A DNA stretch of 38,856 nt from an uncultured Bacilli bacterium (lineage in GTDB: Bacteria > Bacillota_I > Bacilli_A > RF39 > UBA660). The stretch is from positions 1 through 38,856 of the forward strand of contig CANPXJ010000003.1 in the NCBI GenBank assembly GCA_947585915.1. Reading direction: 5' to 3'. Under the pieces are notes generated by a model. It saw only the letters and a program-made list of their open reading frames with translations, was not told the origin of the DNA and made no database searches. How positions within the stretch are numbered: position 1 is the stretch's first letter; every line of letters starts with the position of its first letter. The position numbers were made by a program, and so were the translations under genes. Shown here piece after piece: positions 18,854 to 27,692 of this stretch.

Positions 18854-20050
18854 TTATTTCAAAATTATCTTTTTATCATATTCATCAAGTAAATTTTTAT
18901 AATCTTTATTAGTATTTATAGAATTAATATGTTTTATTTTAAGCAAGTTAGAAGTAATTAAGAAGAAAATATAATCATTTAATTCACTACCTACGAATTT
19001 AGCTTTAAAGTATTTATTTTCTTGCCAATTAGGAATATATTTATCTAAAATTTGTAATATAAGTTGAGCAATTTCTTTTTTATTAACAATTTCCTTACTT
19101 TTAAGCACATTATATATTCTTTGATAGATTAGTTTAATAGATATAGAATTAAGCTCTTCTTCATAATCTTTAAGCATATTATCTTTAGCAAATTTATCTT
19201 TCATAGAAATAGTAGCATTAATTAATCCTTTAAGGCCATTTCCTTTTGTAATATCAAGACCTAAAGCAGATGTACTATTTTCTTCTTTACTACGCATGCA
19301 ATAATTATAAATAAGGTTATTGGTATGTAACATATAACGCTCTTTAGCTAAAACATAATAAACAAATTCTAAATCTTCATAAACTTTTTGATTAGATTTT
19401 TCGTTAAATAACGAAGCACAATCATAATGCCAAATTTTATCCCAAAGGGCACAAGTGGTATTACTAAGTTCCTTTTTATCATTTAAAAAATCTAAACTTG
19501 TTTTTGTCCACTTTCTACTTTTAAAAGGAATACTTAAATTAGGAAGATATACGGTGGTTCGACCATTTCCTACTTTATATTTAAAATAGTACATATCTTT
19601 GCAAAGATTAAAATAATTTTCAGTATTAATAAAATCATCACTATCAACAAAACTGAAATAAGGTGTGTTTACTAAATTAAGAGCTGTGAGTCTAGCTTGT
19701 TGTGGCCCTTGGTTTTTGGTGTGAATAACTTGAAAGTTGGTATGATTTTGACACGATTTAATTTTCAATAAGAATTTTGTGAAACATTATGAATTTTGAA
19801 AATTAAATCAAGGGTACAAGCCCCGCAATCTTGTTGCGAGGAATATAGCTTATGCAATACCTATTCAAGCCCCGATAATCTTGTTACGGGGTACTTGACA
19901 ATAAAAATCAATTAAATCACTAGACTTATCTGTAGAACCATCATCAACAACTATAACATTAATATTAGGATGATTTAAACTTTCTAAACATCTTAAAACA
20001 TAGTTTTGGGTATTATAAACAGGAACAATTATAGTTAGTAACTTTTTCAT
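18854..20050 (-). pseudogene. GT2 family glycosyltransferase interrupted by a 147-bp insertion
   Basis: 5' part LTIIVPVYN...VVDDGSTD...DFYCQ and 3' part CQNHTNFQVIH..NQGP..AR...FVDSDD are in the same frame; removing the insert rejoins them as DFYCQNHTNF. Confidence 0.9.
19753..19899 (+). mobile_element. Non-autonomous IS200/IS605-like mini-element (PATE/MITE)
   Basis: TTGACA at both junctions (19748-19753, 19895-19900); two related hairpins AAGCCCCGcaa-tcttg-ttgCGAGG and AAGCCCCGataa-tcttg-ttaCGGGG; ends GGGGTACTTGAC; no transposase ORF. Confidence 0.7.
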
Positions 20051-20157
20051 AATTAATCCCCCTTAAGACTTAGAAAATATCTTAGCAAACATAAATTTTA
20101 ATTTCAATAGTAACAAATTTAAGTGAATAATAATCCGGTTTTTTATTTAAAGTAATA

Positions 20158-20190
20158 AAAAAAGTTTACGATTTTACATAAACTTTATTA
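20158..20190 (-). terminator. Intrinsic terminator
   Basis: AAAGTTTA-cgattttaca-TAAACTTT with an A-tract giving a U-run on the minus strand, just after the 20199..20483 ORF. Confidence 0.5.
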
Positions 20191-20198
20191 TTAAGTGG

Positions 20199-20483
20199 TT
20201 ATAGAGAAAGTGTTTTTTTTAGATACTTAATATTTGGTGTTCCCTCAATGTCGTCTTTAAATTTTTTTATCCAATAACTATCTCCACTATTAATAATTAC
20301 ATTTTTATGAGCAAGAAGATCTGCACCTTTGATATTAACAGCAAACCAATAACTTAATTTTGGAATTTGGGCATTTAAAATAGTTTTTTCAAAAGTATTA
20401 ACTACATTTTTGTCGCCAATTTCTATTCGTATGCTTTTAATCATTGTTATTACTTCATCTATTTTTTTATCTATTTCATTCAT
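20199..20483 (-). CDS. Hypothetical protein
   Basis: 94-aa ORF with a GAGG RBS and its own terminator. Confidence 0.65.
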   Translation of the reverse strand: MNEIDKKIDEVITMIKSIRIEIGDKNVVNTFEKTILNAQIPKLSYWFAVNIKGADLLAHKNVIINSGDSYWIKKFKDDIEGTPNIKYLKKTLSL

Positions 20484-20608
20484 ATTATAAATTTCCTCTC
20501 TAAAATCGTTCTTATTTTAACATAGGCAACCCAAACACACAATATATAAATATTGATTTTAGTAAAAATAATGTTATAATCAAAGCAAAGAAAAGTTTGG
20601 TGGTAGAA

Positions 20609-21310
20609 GTGATAGATTTTTATGAACTATTAGGAATAAGTAAAAATGCTTCCAATGAAGCTATCAAAACTGCCTATCGTTCTATGGTAAAAAAATATCA
20701 TCCCGATATTAATAAAACTGAAGAAGCTGAGGCAATCATCAGAAGTTTAAATGAAGCTAAAGATACTTTATTAAATGAAGAAAAAAGAAAAGAGTATGAT
20801 AAAACTTTAGATGAAATTAAATATTCTAAACAATTTTCAAGTAATAAAGAATCAACTTATAAAGCTAAAAAAGAAAAATATAAAGAGAACTATGCCGATG
20901 CTTATTTAACCAGATGGCAATTCTTTATTTATTACTTAAAACAAAGTCAAAATAAAATAATTTTTAAATTTTTAAAATCACTTTTAGTAGGTATAAATTT
21001 TTCGATTTTTCTTATAATTAAGGGAATAATTTTTGGTGTTTTATTTGTAGTTTATTTATTTAGTGACTTTATTGATTATGTAATTGGTTTATTTATGTTA
21101 ATTGCTTTATTAGGGTTATTTTTCTTAAGTCATGAACAAAGTCCTGATATAATTCCTTTATTACCAGCTAATATTGAATTTTTTGGCTTAATTTCCATTG
21201 GCTGTTTAATAATAGGTCTTTTAAAAAATACAATTATTACAAAATCGATTAATCTTTATGCCTTAATACAAGATTGGGAAGATTTTATCTTTTTAAAAAT
21301 TTTAAATTAA
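20609..21310 (+). CDS. DnaJ domain-containing membrane protein
   Basis: DFYELLGI..A..IKTAYR...YHPD...LNEAKDTL..EKRKEYD J-domain followed by hydrophobic TM segments. GTG 20609 is the likely start (track start 20597). Confidence 0.88.
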   Translation: MIDFYELLGISKNASNEAIKTAYRSMVKKYHPDINKTEEAEAIIRSLNEAKDTLLNEEKRKEYDKTLDEIKYSKQFSSNKESTYKAKKEKYKENYADAYLTRWQFFIYYLKQSQNKIIFKFLKSLLVGINFSIFLIIKGIIFGVLFVVYLFSDFIDYVIGLFMLIALLGLFFLSHEQSPDIIPLLPANIEFFGLISIGCLIIGLLKNTIITKSINLYALIQDWEDFIFLKILN

Positions 21311-21335
21311 AACAACCTTATTCTTGAAGGTTGTT
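21311..21335. terminator. Bidirectional terminator overlapping the holin stop codon
   Basis: AACAACCTT-attcttg-AAGGTTGTT. Confidence 0.6.
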
Positions 21336-21596
21336 ATTTGTTTCTTCTTCTTTTTTAAAAGTTTTTACTAAACCAGACATTCCTCCCGCTCCCATTGTGG
21401 CCGTAAAGCATAAGACGAAAGCTTGAATAAAGTTTGGTTCAAGTTTAGTAAAGAAGCAAATTAGAGTACTTATAATAGCAATAATAACGTTTTGAATTGG
21501 TATAAATTTATTAGGCACTTTATTCCATTTAAGTTTAGTTAGCGCTCCAAGGACATAGGTAATAATGGCAACAACAATGACATAAGTAACTTGCAT
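21318..21596 (-). CDS. Phage holin family protein
   Basis: About 92 aa, 3 TM segments, K...VPNKFIP motif, charged C-terminus; GGAGG RBS and TAATG coupling to the upstream gene. Confidence 0.7.
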   Translation of the reverse strand: MQVTYVIVVAIITYVLGALTKLKWNKVPNKFIPIQNVIIAIISTLICFFTKLEPNFIQAFVLCFTATMGAGGMSGLVKTFKKEEETNNNLQE

Positions 21597-21952
21597 TAAA
21601 TTTTTCCCTCCTTTATTAATTTTTCCCAACGATCATGAACATAGGAGTTACCTCCTAAAGTCTTATAACGATCATAAAGTTCATACACATTTTGTTTCTG
21701 AATTGGGGATTTATATACTTCGTGTTCGATATCATTTATAAAATTAACTAAAATCATTTTTATTAATTGAAGCTCAATGTTATTTCTACCACTTGTTGAA
21801 ACTTCTTCTAAATGGTCAATTTTTTGATTAATTGGTTTTAGTAGTTTGGATATAAAAGCTTTAGAAAAGGCAATTAAACTCGTAATAGCTCCAATTATGA
21901 TTGTTAATATACTGATAAATCCCGCAATTTGTCCAATTGATATATTTCCCAT
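21596..21952 (-). CDS. Membrane-anchored hypothetical protein of the type found next to phage holins
   Basis: N-terminal TM, coiled coil, C-terminal YELYDRYKTLGGNSYV motif. Confidence 0.65.
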   Translation of the reverse strand: MGNISIGQIAGFISILTIIIGAITSLIAFSKAFISKLLKPINQKIDHLEEVSTSGRNNIELQLIKMILVNFINDIEHEVYKSPIQKQNVYELYDRYKTLGGNSYVHDRWEKLIKEGKI

Positions 21953-22040
21953 TTTTAATCCTTCTTTCAAAAATATATCTATAATAAAATATGAAGTTTT
22001 AGATAAATGAAATATAATATTTGTATCATAAAAAGGGGAC

Positions 22041-22069
22041 TTGACTTAAAAATATAGTCATTTTATAAT
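22041..22069 (+). promoter_or_regulatory. sigmaA promoter with an overlapping dyad
   Basis: TTGACT-N17-TATAAT; TGACT-N9-AGTCA dyad at 22042-22060. Confidence 0.65.
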
Positions 22070-22096
22070 ACTAAAACAAACAAAGGGGGAACTTAA

Positions 22097-23047
22097 ATGA
22101 GTTTTTTAACAAAGATAACAAAAAATTATCAAATAATGTCTTTAGAAGAAGCACAATATAACATAATCAAAAAATCTAAAGAATTTTTGGAAATTACAGA
22201 AAGATATTTAAATTTAGTCAAAGCTAATAAAGTAAATTTTATTGGTTTAGGGAATTCTTTATCAGCCGGTTGGTCAGCTGTTAATCAAGATGTTCGACCT
22301 TTTATTTTAAAATTAAAAAAAATATTAGCTGAAGAAATAAATAATAGTGGTATCGATATTAATTTTTATAATTATGCTATTGCTGCAAATAATTCTAATC
22401 GTCAAATTTTAGATTTTATTAAACAAAATCCTACCGAAACTGATGTTAAAAATCATTTTATAGCTGATGTAAAACAATGGAAAAAAGAATTTGATAATAC
22501 TTTATTTGAAAATTATATTGATTTAAATGAAGCTGTAAAATTATATCCTAATTCTAATACTGAATTTTTAAGTAATTATAAAAATGATTCTTTAACTATT
22601 AATTTATTAAATGGATGTACAGGAGCGTTTTTAAATAATGTCACTGATCAGTTTAGTTTTGAAAATATTATAGAAGGATTTAAAGAAGATAAAGATAATT
22701 TAGTTTTATTAATTGAGTATTTAAAAAACTTAAAAGATGACGATAAAAATATGATTTTTATTGGTAATTTTCCGCATATTTCTACATCAGTTGGACTAAT
22801 TGCTAATCATTATCTTGATAAAATTATTAATAATGATATTAAGACTATCTGCGCGGAGAATAAGGTTAATTATTTTGCTAAAAATCAAATTGCTTTATTG
22901 CAACCTTTTATAAATCCGGTTACTAAAAAGAAAGGGATAAAAGTTGATAACCATCCTCGAATGGATGAGCAATATACGGTTTTATTTCATTACTTTTGTG
23001 ATGTAATAGCTACTTTGGAAAATAAAAGCAGAACATTGACTAAATAA
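22097..23047 (+). CDS. SGNH/GDSL hydrolase-like protein
   Basis: FIGLGNSLSAG (GDSL block I variant), NYA block II, C-terminal DNHP. Confidence 0.6.
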   Translation: MSFLTKITKNYQIMSLEEAQYNIIKKSKEFLEITERYLNLVKANKVNFIGLGNSLSAGWSAVNQDVRPFILKLKKILAEEINNSGIDINFYNYAIAANNSNRQILDFIKQNPTETDVKNHFIADVKQWKKEFDNTLFENYIDLNEAVKLYPNSNTEFLSNYKNDSLTINLLNGCTGAFLNNVTDQFSFENIIEGFKEDKDNLVLLIEYLKNLKDDDKNMIFIGNFPHISTSVGLIANHYLDKIINNDIKTICAENKVNYFAKNQIALLQPFINPVTKKKGIKVDNHPRMDEQYTVLFHYFCDVIATLENKSRTLTK

Positions 23048-23063
23048 GTACATAAATATAAAA

Positions 23064-23095
23064 TATTATCTCAGAATAAAAATGAGGTAATTTTT
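23064..23095 (+). terminator. Terminator hairpin whose 3' arm contains the ligD RBS
   Basis: ATTATCTCA-gaataaaaa-TGAGGTAAT followed by TTTT, then ATG 23098. Confidence 0.5.
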
Positions 23096-23097
23096 AT

Positions 23098-24477
23098 ATG
23101 AAAGATAAATTAAAAAAATATAATTCAAAAAGAGATTTTGCTAAAACAAAAGAACCAATTGGCAAAGAAAGAAAAAGTAAAAAGCAACCCATTTTTGCTG
23201 TGCAACATCACATGGCTACTCGCGACCATTATGATTTTCGTTTGGAATTTGAGGGAGTACTCAAAAGTTGGGCCGTTCCTAAAGGACCATCATACAATCC
23301 TCAAGATAAAAGACTAGCTATCTTGGTTGAAGATCATCCTTATGATTATCATGATTTTGAAGGAACTATTCCTAAAGGAGAATATGGTGGAGGAGAAGTC
23401 ATGCTTTTTGATGAGGGGACTTATCAAATAATAGGAGATTTTAAAAAATCTTGGCAAGATGGAGCTTTAAAATTTAAACTTAATGGTAAAAGGTTAAAAG
23501 GTAAATGGACTTTAATTAATATTGAAAAAGAAAATTGGCTTTTAATTAAAGAAAAAGATGAATATGTAAATTATAAAGATATAACTAAATTTAAGACTAG
23601 TATTAAAACGGGAAGAACAATGAAACAAATTAAAGAAGGAGTAAATAAAAAACAAAAAAGTTGTAATATTGAAATAACCAATCCTGATAAAATCATGTTT
23701 AAGCCCGACATTACAAAGATGGATTTGGTTAAGTACTATCAAAAAGTAGCTAAAAGGATGCTTCCCTTTTTAGAAAATCGTCTTATTAGTACTATTAGAT
23801 GCCCTGAAGGCATTTACAAAGAAAAATTTTTTAAGAAACATTTAGATAATGATTATTTAACCAAAGTCATTTTACCAAATAATGATAATAAAAAAGAAGA
23901 TTACTATTATATTACTGATGAAGATGGTTTAATTAGTGAAGTTCAAAGAAATAGTGTAGAATTTCATATTTGGGGAAGTAGAGCCGAGACTTTGGAAAAT
24001 CCTGATTATATGGTTTTTGATTTAGATCCAGATGAGAAACTAAGTATTAAAAAATTAAGAGATGGCGTTAGAGATTTAAAAAGTATATTAGAGGAGTTGG
24101 ATTTAAAAGCGTATTTGAAAACTAGTGGGGGAAAAGGGTATCATGTTGTAGTTCCTCTTAAATATGAAATATCTTGGGAGGAATTTCGAAAGGTTGCTAA
24201 AAATGTTGCAGAGTTAATGGCAACTAAATGGCCTGATAAATATGTTGATAACATGCGTAAGGTCAATAGAAAAGGAAAGATTTTTATTGACTGGGTAAGA
24301 AATACTAAATCTTCAACTAGTGTTGCTCCTTATTCTTTGAGAGCTCGTCCTAATGCTCCAGTTTCCATGCCGATAAAATGGAGTGAATTAGATAAAATAA
24401 AACCTAATGAAATAACAATTAAAACGGCTCTAAAAAGATTGCGTAATAAAGATCCATGGGAAGATTTCTTTAATTAA
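23098..24477 (+). CDS. ligD: NHEJ LigD-like protein: 3'-phosphoesterase plus primase/polymerase domains, no ligase domain
   Basis: YNSKRDFAKTKEP, QHHMATRDHYDFRLE, SWAVPKGP, EDHP (PE); ITNPDK, RCPEG, FDLDP, KTSGGKGYH, VAPYSLRA (Pol). No KxDG ligase motif. Confidence 0.92.
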   Translation: MKDKLKKYNSKRDFAKTKEPIGKERKSKKQPIFAVQHHMATRDHYDFRLEFEGVLKSWAVPKGPSYNPQDKRLAILVEDHPYDYHDFEGTIPKGEYGGGEVMLFDEGTYQIIGDFKKSWQDGALKFKLNGKRLKGKWTLINIEKENWLLIKEKDEYVNYKDITKFKTSIKTGRTMKQIKEGVNKKQKSCNIEITNPDKIMFKPDITKMDLVKYYQKVAKRMLPFLENRLISTIRCPEGIYKEKFFKKHLDNDYLTKVILPNNDNKKEDYYYITDEDGLISEVQRNSVEFHIWGSRAETLENPDYMVFDLDPDEKLSIKKLRDGVRDLKSILEELDLKAYLKTSGGKGYHVVVPLKYEISWEEFRKVAKNVAELMATKWPDKYVDNMRKVNRKGKIFIDWVRNTKSSTSVAPYSLRARPNAPVSMPIKWSELDKIKPNEITIKTALKRLRNKDPWEDFFN

Positions 24478-24512
24478 TAAAAAGTGTTAAAATATTATTT
24501 GAGGACGTTAAT

Positions 24513-25424
24513 ATGGAAGAAATTATAAAAATTGATGAATATTTAAAAAGCTTAAAGGAATATTTAGAACAAAGAGGGATAAAAACCAATAAAATTATTT
24601 TAGATGATATAAAAGATAAGATGTATTCTCTTATTGCCTTATGGGAAGATAGAAATTTACGAAATGGTATTTTATTCTTTGCAAAAGAAATTGCCGAATT
24701 TTATGAGCCTAATGCTAATATTGGTATCAAATCATTTGTCGTAAGTACGGTTCGTAATTCTTATTTAGAAAGTGCTGGTTCTGAGTTTTATCAAAATTAT
24801 TATTTTGAAAATCAACTAACAGATGAAGATATGCCTAAAATAACTGGTTTTGCTATTAACTTTTTTAAAAAATTTGATTTTGTTAAGGCTTCTAAAGAGT
24901 TAATGGGTAAAGTAAATGATAATTACTATTTAAAAATAATTCAAAAATATCCTTTGGCTTGGAAAGTTATTGAAAGATTAGCTAATCTTAAAACGAGTGA
25001 AGCTTATTTTGATAAAATTCCTTTGAAAACTGATTTATTAAATCTTAGAACAATTGGTGGATTTAAACCAAAGACAAATAAAAAAGGGCAAATCATTGAA
25101 GATGGTAACTCTTTAGCATTTAATACGGAGCTTTTAAAACAGTTAGAAGATATTGCCCAAGCTAAGGGAGTCTTTTTTACTAATTCTTTTAAAACTTTAT
25201 CACGCAATTTTGAAAAAGTGTTAAAAACAATTGAGTATTTACTACAAAGAGATTGCATTTATGTAACAATGAATTACTATATTTCCAATGGTTATGTGTC
25301 TTGTCGCAAAAAGTTAATGCCTCCTCAACATGCTTCCAAAAGTGTAGCAATAAATTTTAATGATATATCTAAAAAACATAAAAAAGTTTTAGAGAGTTTA
25401 AAAAAACAAGGAGTTTTACTCTAA
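24513..25424 (+). CDS. Hypothetical protein
   Basis: 303-aa ORF with a GAGG RBS; the C-terminal part weakly resembles a resolvase-fold segment. Confidence 0.75.
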   Translation: MEEIIKIDEYLKSLKEYLEQRGIKTNKIILDDIKDKMYSLIALWEDRNLRNGILFFAKEIAEFYEPNANIGIKSFVVSTVRNSYLESAGSEFYQNYYFENQLTDEDMPKITGFAINFFKKFDFVKASKELMGKVNDNYYLKIIQKYPLAWKVIERLANLKTSEAYFDKIPLKTDLLNLRTIGGFKPKTNKKGQIIEDGNSLAFNTELLKQLEDIAQAKGVFFTNSFKTLSRNFEKVLKTIEYLLQRDCIYVTMNYYISNGYVSCRKKLMPPQHASKSVAINFNDISKKHKKVLESLKKQGVLL

Positions 25425-25434
25425 TTAAAAATGA

Positions 25435-26949
25435 TTATAGTTCGTTATAATCATTTATTTTTTGCATATTATTTTGATATTCATTAATAATTAAGGTGTT
25501 AGTTGTTAATAACATTCCTGCTATAGAAATGGCATTTTCTAAACAGGTAGTTAAAACTAAAGTTGAATCTAAAACATTCGTATTTTTACTATCTTCATAA
25601 GAATCAGTTTTGACATTATATAAAACATCATAATTTTTTTGCTTTATATTTTTGATAACTTTTTCTTTATCTAAAGCAGCATTATGCATAATTTGGGCAA
25701 AGGGTTTTTTTAAAGCTTGTTTAAATAAAATATTTTCCCAAGAATTATTATCTAGGCTTTCACTTATTTTATAGTAAGTCAAACCACATCCTAAAGATAC
25801 ACCTTTGCTGGCTGAAGAAATAGCACTTAAAGCATCATCAAAACGCATTTTAGCTTCTCTTCTTTCAGTTGTCGTTTTGCTTCCCACCATAATGTAGGCC
25901 ATTCCTTTTTTTAACATAGATAATCTTTGGTTATAAAATGGTAAATCTATTTTGTTATTAGTTTTAATTTCTTTTTTTATTATGTTAATTCTTTTTGTAA
26001 TTTCTAAGTTACTCGCAAAAGTTATTGTACATTTTTCTTGGGTAATTTTAATATCATCTACTTGATTATAAAAATTATTACCTAAAATTGCTTTTAAATC
26101 ATCAATTATAAGTTGTTCATTTATTCCATATTCTTCTAATTTTAAAAGAATTACATTAATATGTTCATTTAAATACAAAGAAACTAACTCATCTTTAATA
26201 TATTCATCATATTCACTAGCAATAATTACTAAACTTTTATTTTTAGAACTTATCTCATTTATATAGGAAGAAATAGTTTCGATATCATTTAGATTATCAA
26301 TTAAAAGTATATTTGGGTTATTAAGTAAAAGGGAAGATTTATCTTTTAAATAATATGGAGAAGAAAGGGTAATATTTATTGTGTAACCTTTTAAGAATTC
26401 TAATTTGTGATAATTATTTTCCCATTCTTTAATAAATATTGCATCTTTATTTTTAAGTTTTTGGTAGGCTTCCCATACTAATCTTCCCATTTCTAAATTG
26501 TTAGCTGAAGTACAAGCAATATTTAAAAGCTGAAGACTAGTCGGTTTATGACTTAATTTTATAATTTCTTCTACTAACTCACGTCCTTTTTCTGTTAATT
26601 TTTCTTTAACGATTAAAGGATTTTTTCCTTTTTCGATTTGTTTAAGTCCTTCTTTAAAAATACTTTGGAGTAACACCAAAGTAGTAGTTGTACCATCTCC
26701 TACTTCCTCATCAGTTTTAATGGAAGCTTCTTTAGTAAGTTGCAAAATAGTATTAACAATAGCATCTTCACTTTCAATATTAGAAGCAATAGTTACTCCA
26801 TCACTTGTGATAAAAGGACTAAAAGAAGAGTTATCAATTATAACATTACTGGATTTGGGTCCGAGAGTTACCTTAACATTATCACATAAGATATCTACAG
26901 CTTTGACCATTTGTTCTTTTAATTTTAAACCACTTATAATTTTTTTCAT
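25435..26949 (-). CDS. Divergent chaperonin-60 (GroEL-like) paralog
   Basis: VTLGPK..NV, IT.DGVTIA, GDGTTT, R.DDAL, LENAISIAGMLLTT; 504 aa, shortened apical region, no GGM tail. Confidence 0.88.
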   Translation of the reverse strand: MKKIISGLKLKEQMVKAVDILCDNVKVTLGPKSSNVIIDNSSFSPFITSDGVTIASNIESEDAIVNTILQLTKEASIKTDEEVGDGTTTTLVLLQSIFKEGLKQIEKGKNPLIVKEKLTEKGRELVEEIIKLSHKPTSLQLLNIACTSANNLEMGRLVWEAYQKLKNKDAIFIKEWENNYHKLEFLKGYTINITLSSPYYLKDKSSLLLNNPNILLIDNLNDIETISSYINEISSKNKSLVIIASEYDEYIKDELVSLYLNEHINVILLKLEEYGINEQLIIDDLKAILGNNFYNQVDDIKITQEKCTITFASNLEITKRINIIKKEIKTNNKIDLPFYNQRLSMLKKGMAYIMVGSKTTTERREAKMRFDDALSAISSASKGVSLGCGLTYYKISESLDNNSWENILFKQALKKPFAQIMHNAALDKEKVIKNIKQKNYDVLYNVKTDSYEDSKNTNVLDSTLVLTTCLENAISIAGMLLTTNTLIINEYQNNMQKINDYNEL

Positions 26950-27692
26950 AATTCATCTTCCATTTCTATTATATATTGCCAATATTTTTTAGGCATAAAA
27001 TTCATTCGACAACGTTCGTTTTTTCTTTCTTTTATACCAATTGTCTGATAAAAATTTTTCCATAAATCAGCAATTTGTTTTTCTTCTTGACTAGTTTCCA
27101 CTTCATTTAAATTAAAGTTATCTTCACTAATTAAATAAACTTCTTTTTTATCATATAAACTATAAATATTTCTTTTTTTATCTTTAATAATAAAATATTC
27201 ATGGGGAAGCCTTCTTTTAAAATGTAAAGCTAGTAAGTAAATGACATTGTTATCCGGAGCAATTTCAGCGTATAAAATATGATTTTTTAATTCTTTAAAT
27301 CTTAAAAAACCTTTCAATTTATGTGCTTCATTACCTACTTGTTTTGCTATTTTAAGAGCAAGATTTACACATCTTAAATTACGATGATATATAACATCTT
27401 GATGATATTTTAAAGTATTTAAGAAAAAATAATAAATAATAAGCTCTTTATTATCATGATTAGATAAATAAACTTCATACATAATTTTAAATATTCTATA
27501 ACTATAGTTTTTCTTTATTTTATTTATTATGTTACTATCTTCTTTAATTTTTAAGAAAATTACTTCATCTAAAAGTGTCGCATTATAACTTGTATCTTTA
27601 ATATTATCAGGTTTTATCTTATTTTTAAGTAAATAATCTATTAAGCATAGAAGACTAATAAAATTATCGTGATATAAATAAATAGTATTCAT
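26946..27692 (-). CDS. TIGR03915/DUF4130 family putative DNA metabolism protein
   Basis: V.NEAHKLKGFLRF, YAEIAPDNNV..L..HF.RR, LWKNFYQTIGIKERKN.R.RMNFMPKKYW. Confidence 0.92.
   Translation of the reverse strand: MNTIYLYHDNFISLLCLIDYLLKNKIKPDNIKDTSYNATLLDEVIFLKIKEDSNIINKIKKNYSYRIFKIMYEVYLSNHDNKELIIYYFFLNTLKYHQDVIYHRNLRCVNLALKIAKQVGNEAHKLKGFLRFKELKNHILYAEIAPDNNVIYLLALHFKRRLPHEYFIIKDKKRNIYSLYDKKEVYLISEDNFNLNEVETSQEEKQIADLWKNFYQTIGIKERKNERCRMNFMPKKYWQYIIEMEDEL

Noticed and set aside
19753-19899. Insert as a self-splicing intron/IStron, an intein, or a TGA-readthrough segment
   Set aside because: Too short for a group I or II core, no such motifs seen, and it contains in-frame TAA as well as TGA stops; the length being a multiple of 3 is probably chance.
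20199-23047. Prophage around the holin genes
   Set aside because: No integrase, terminase, capsid, tail or endolysin genes and no att-like repeats seen.
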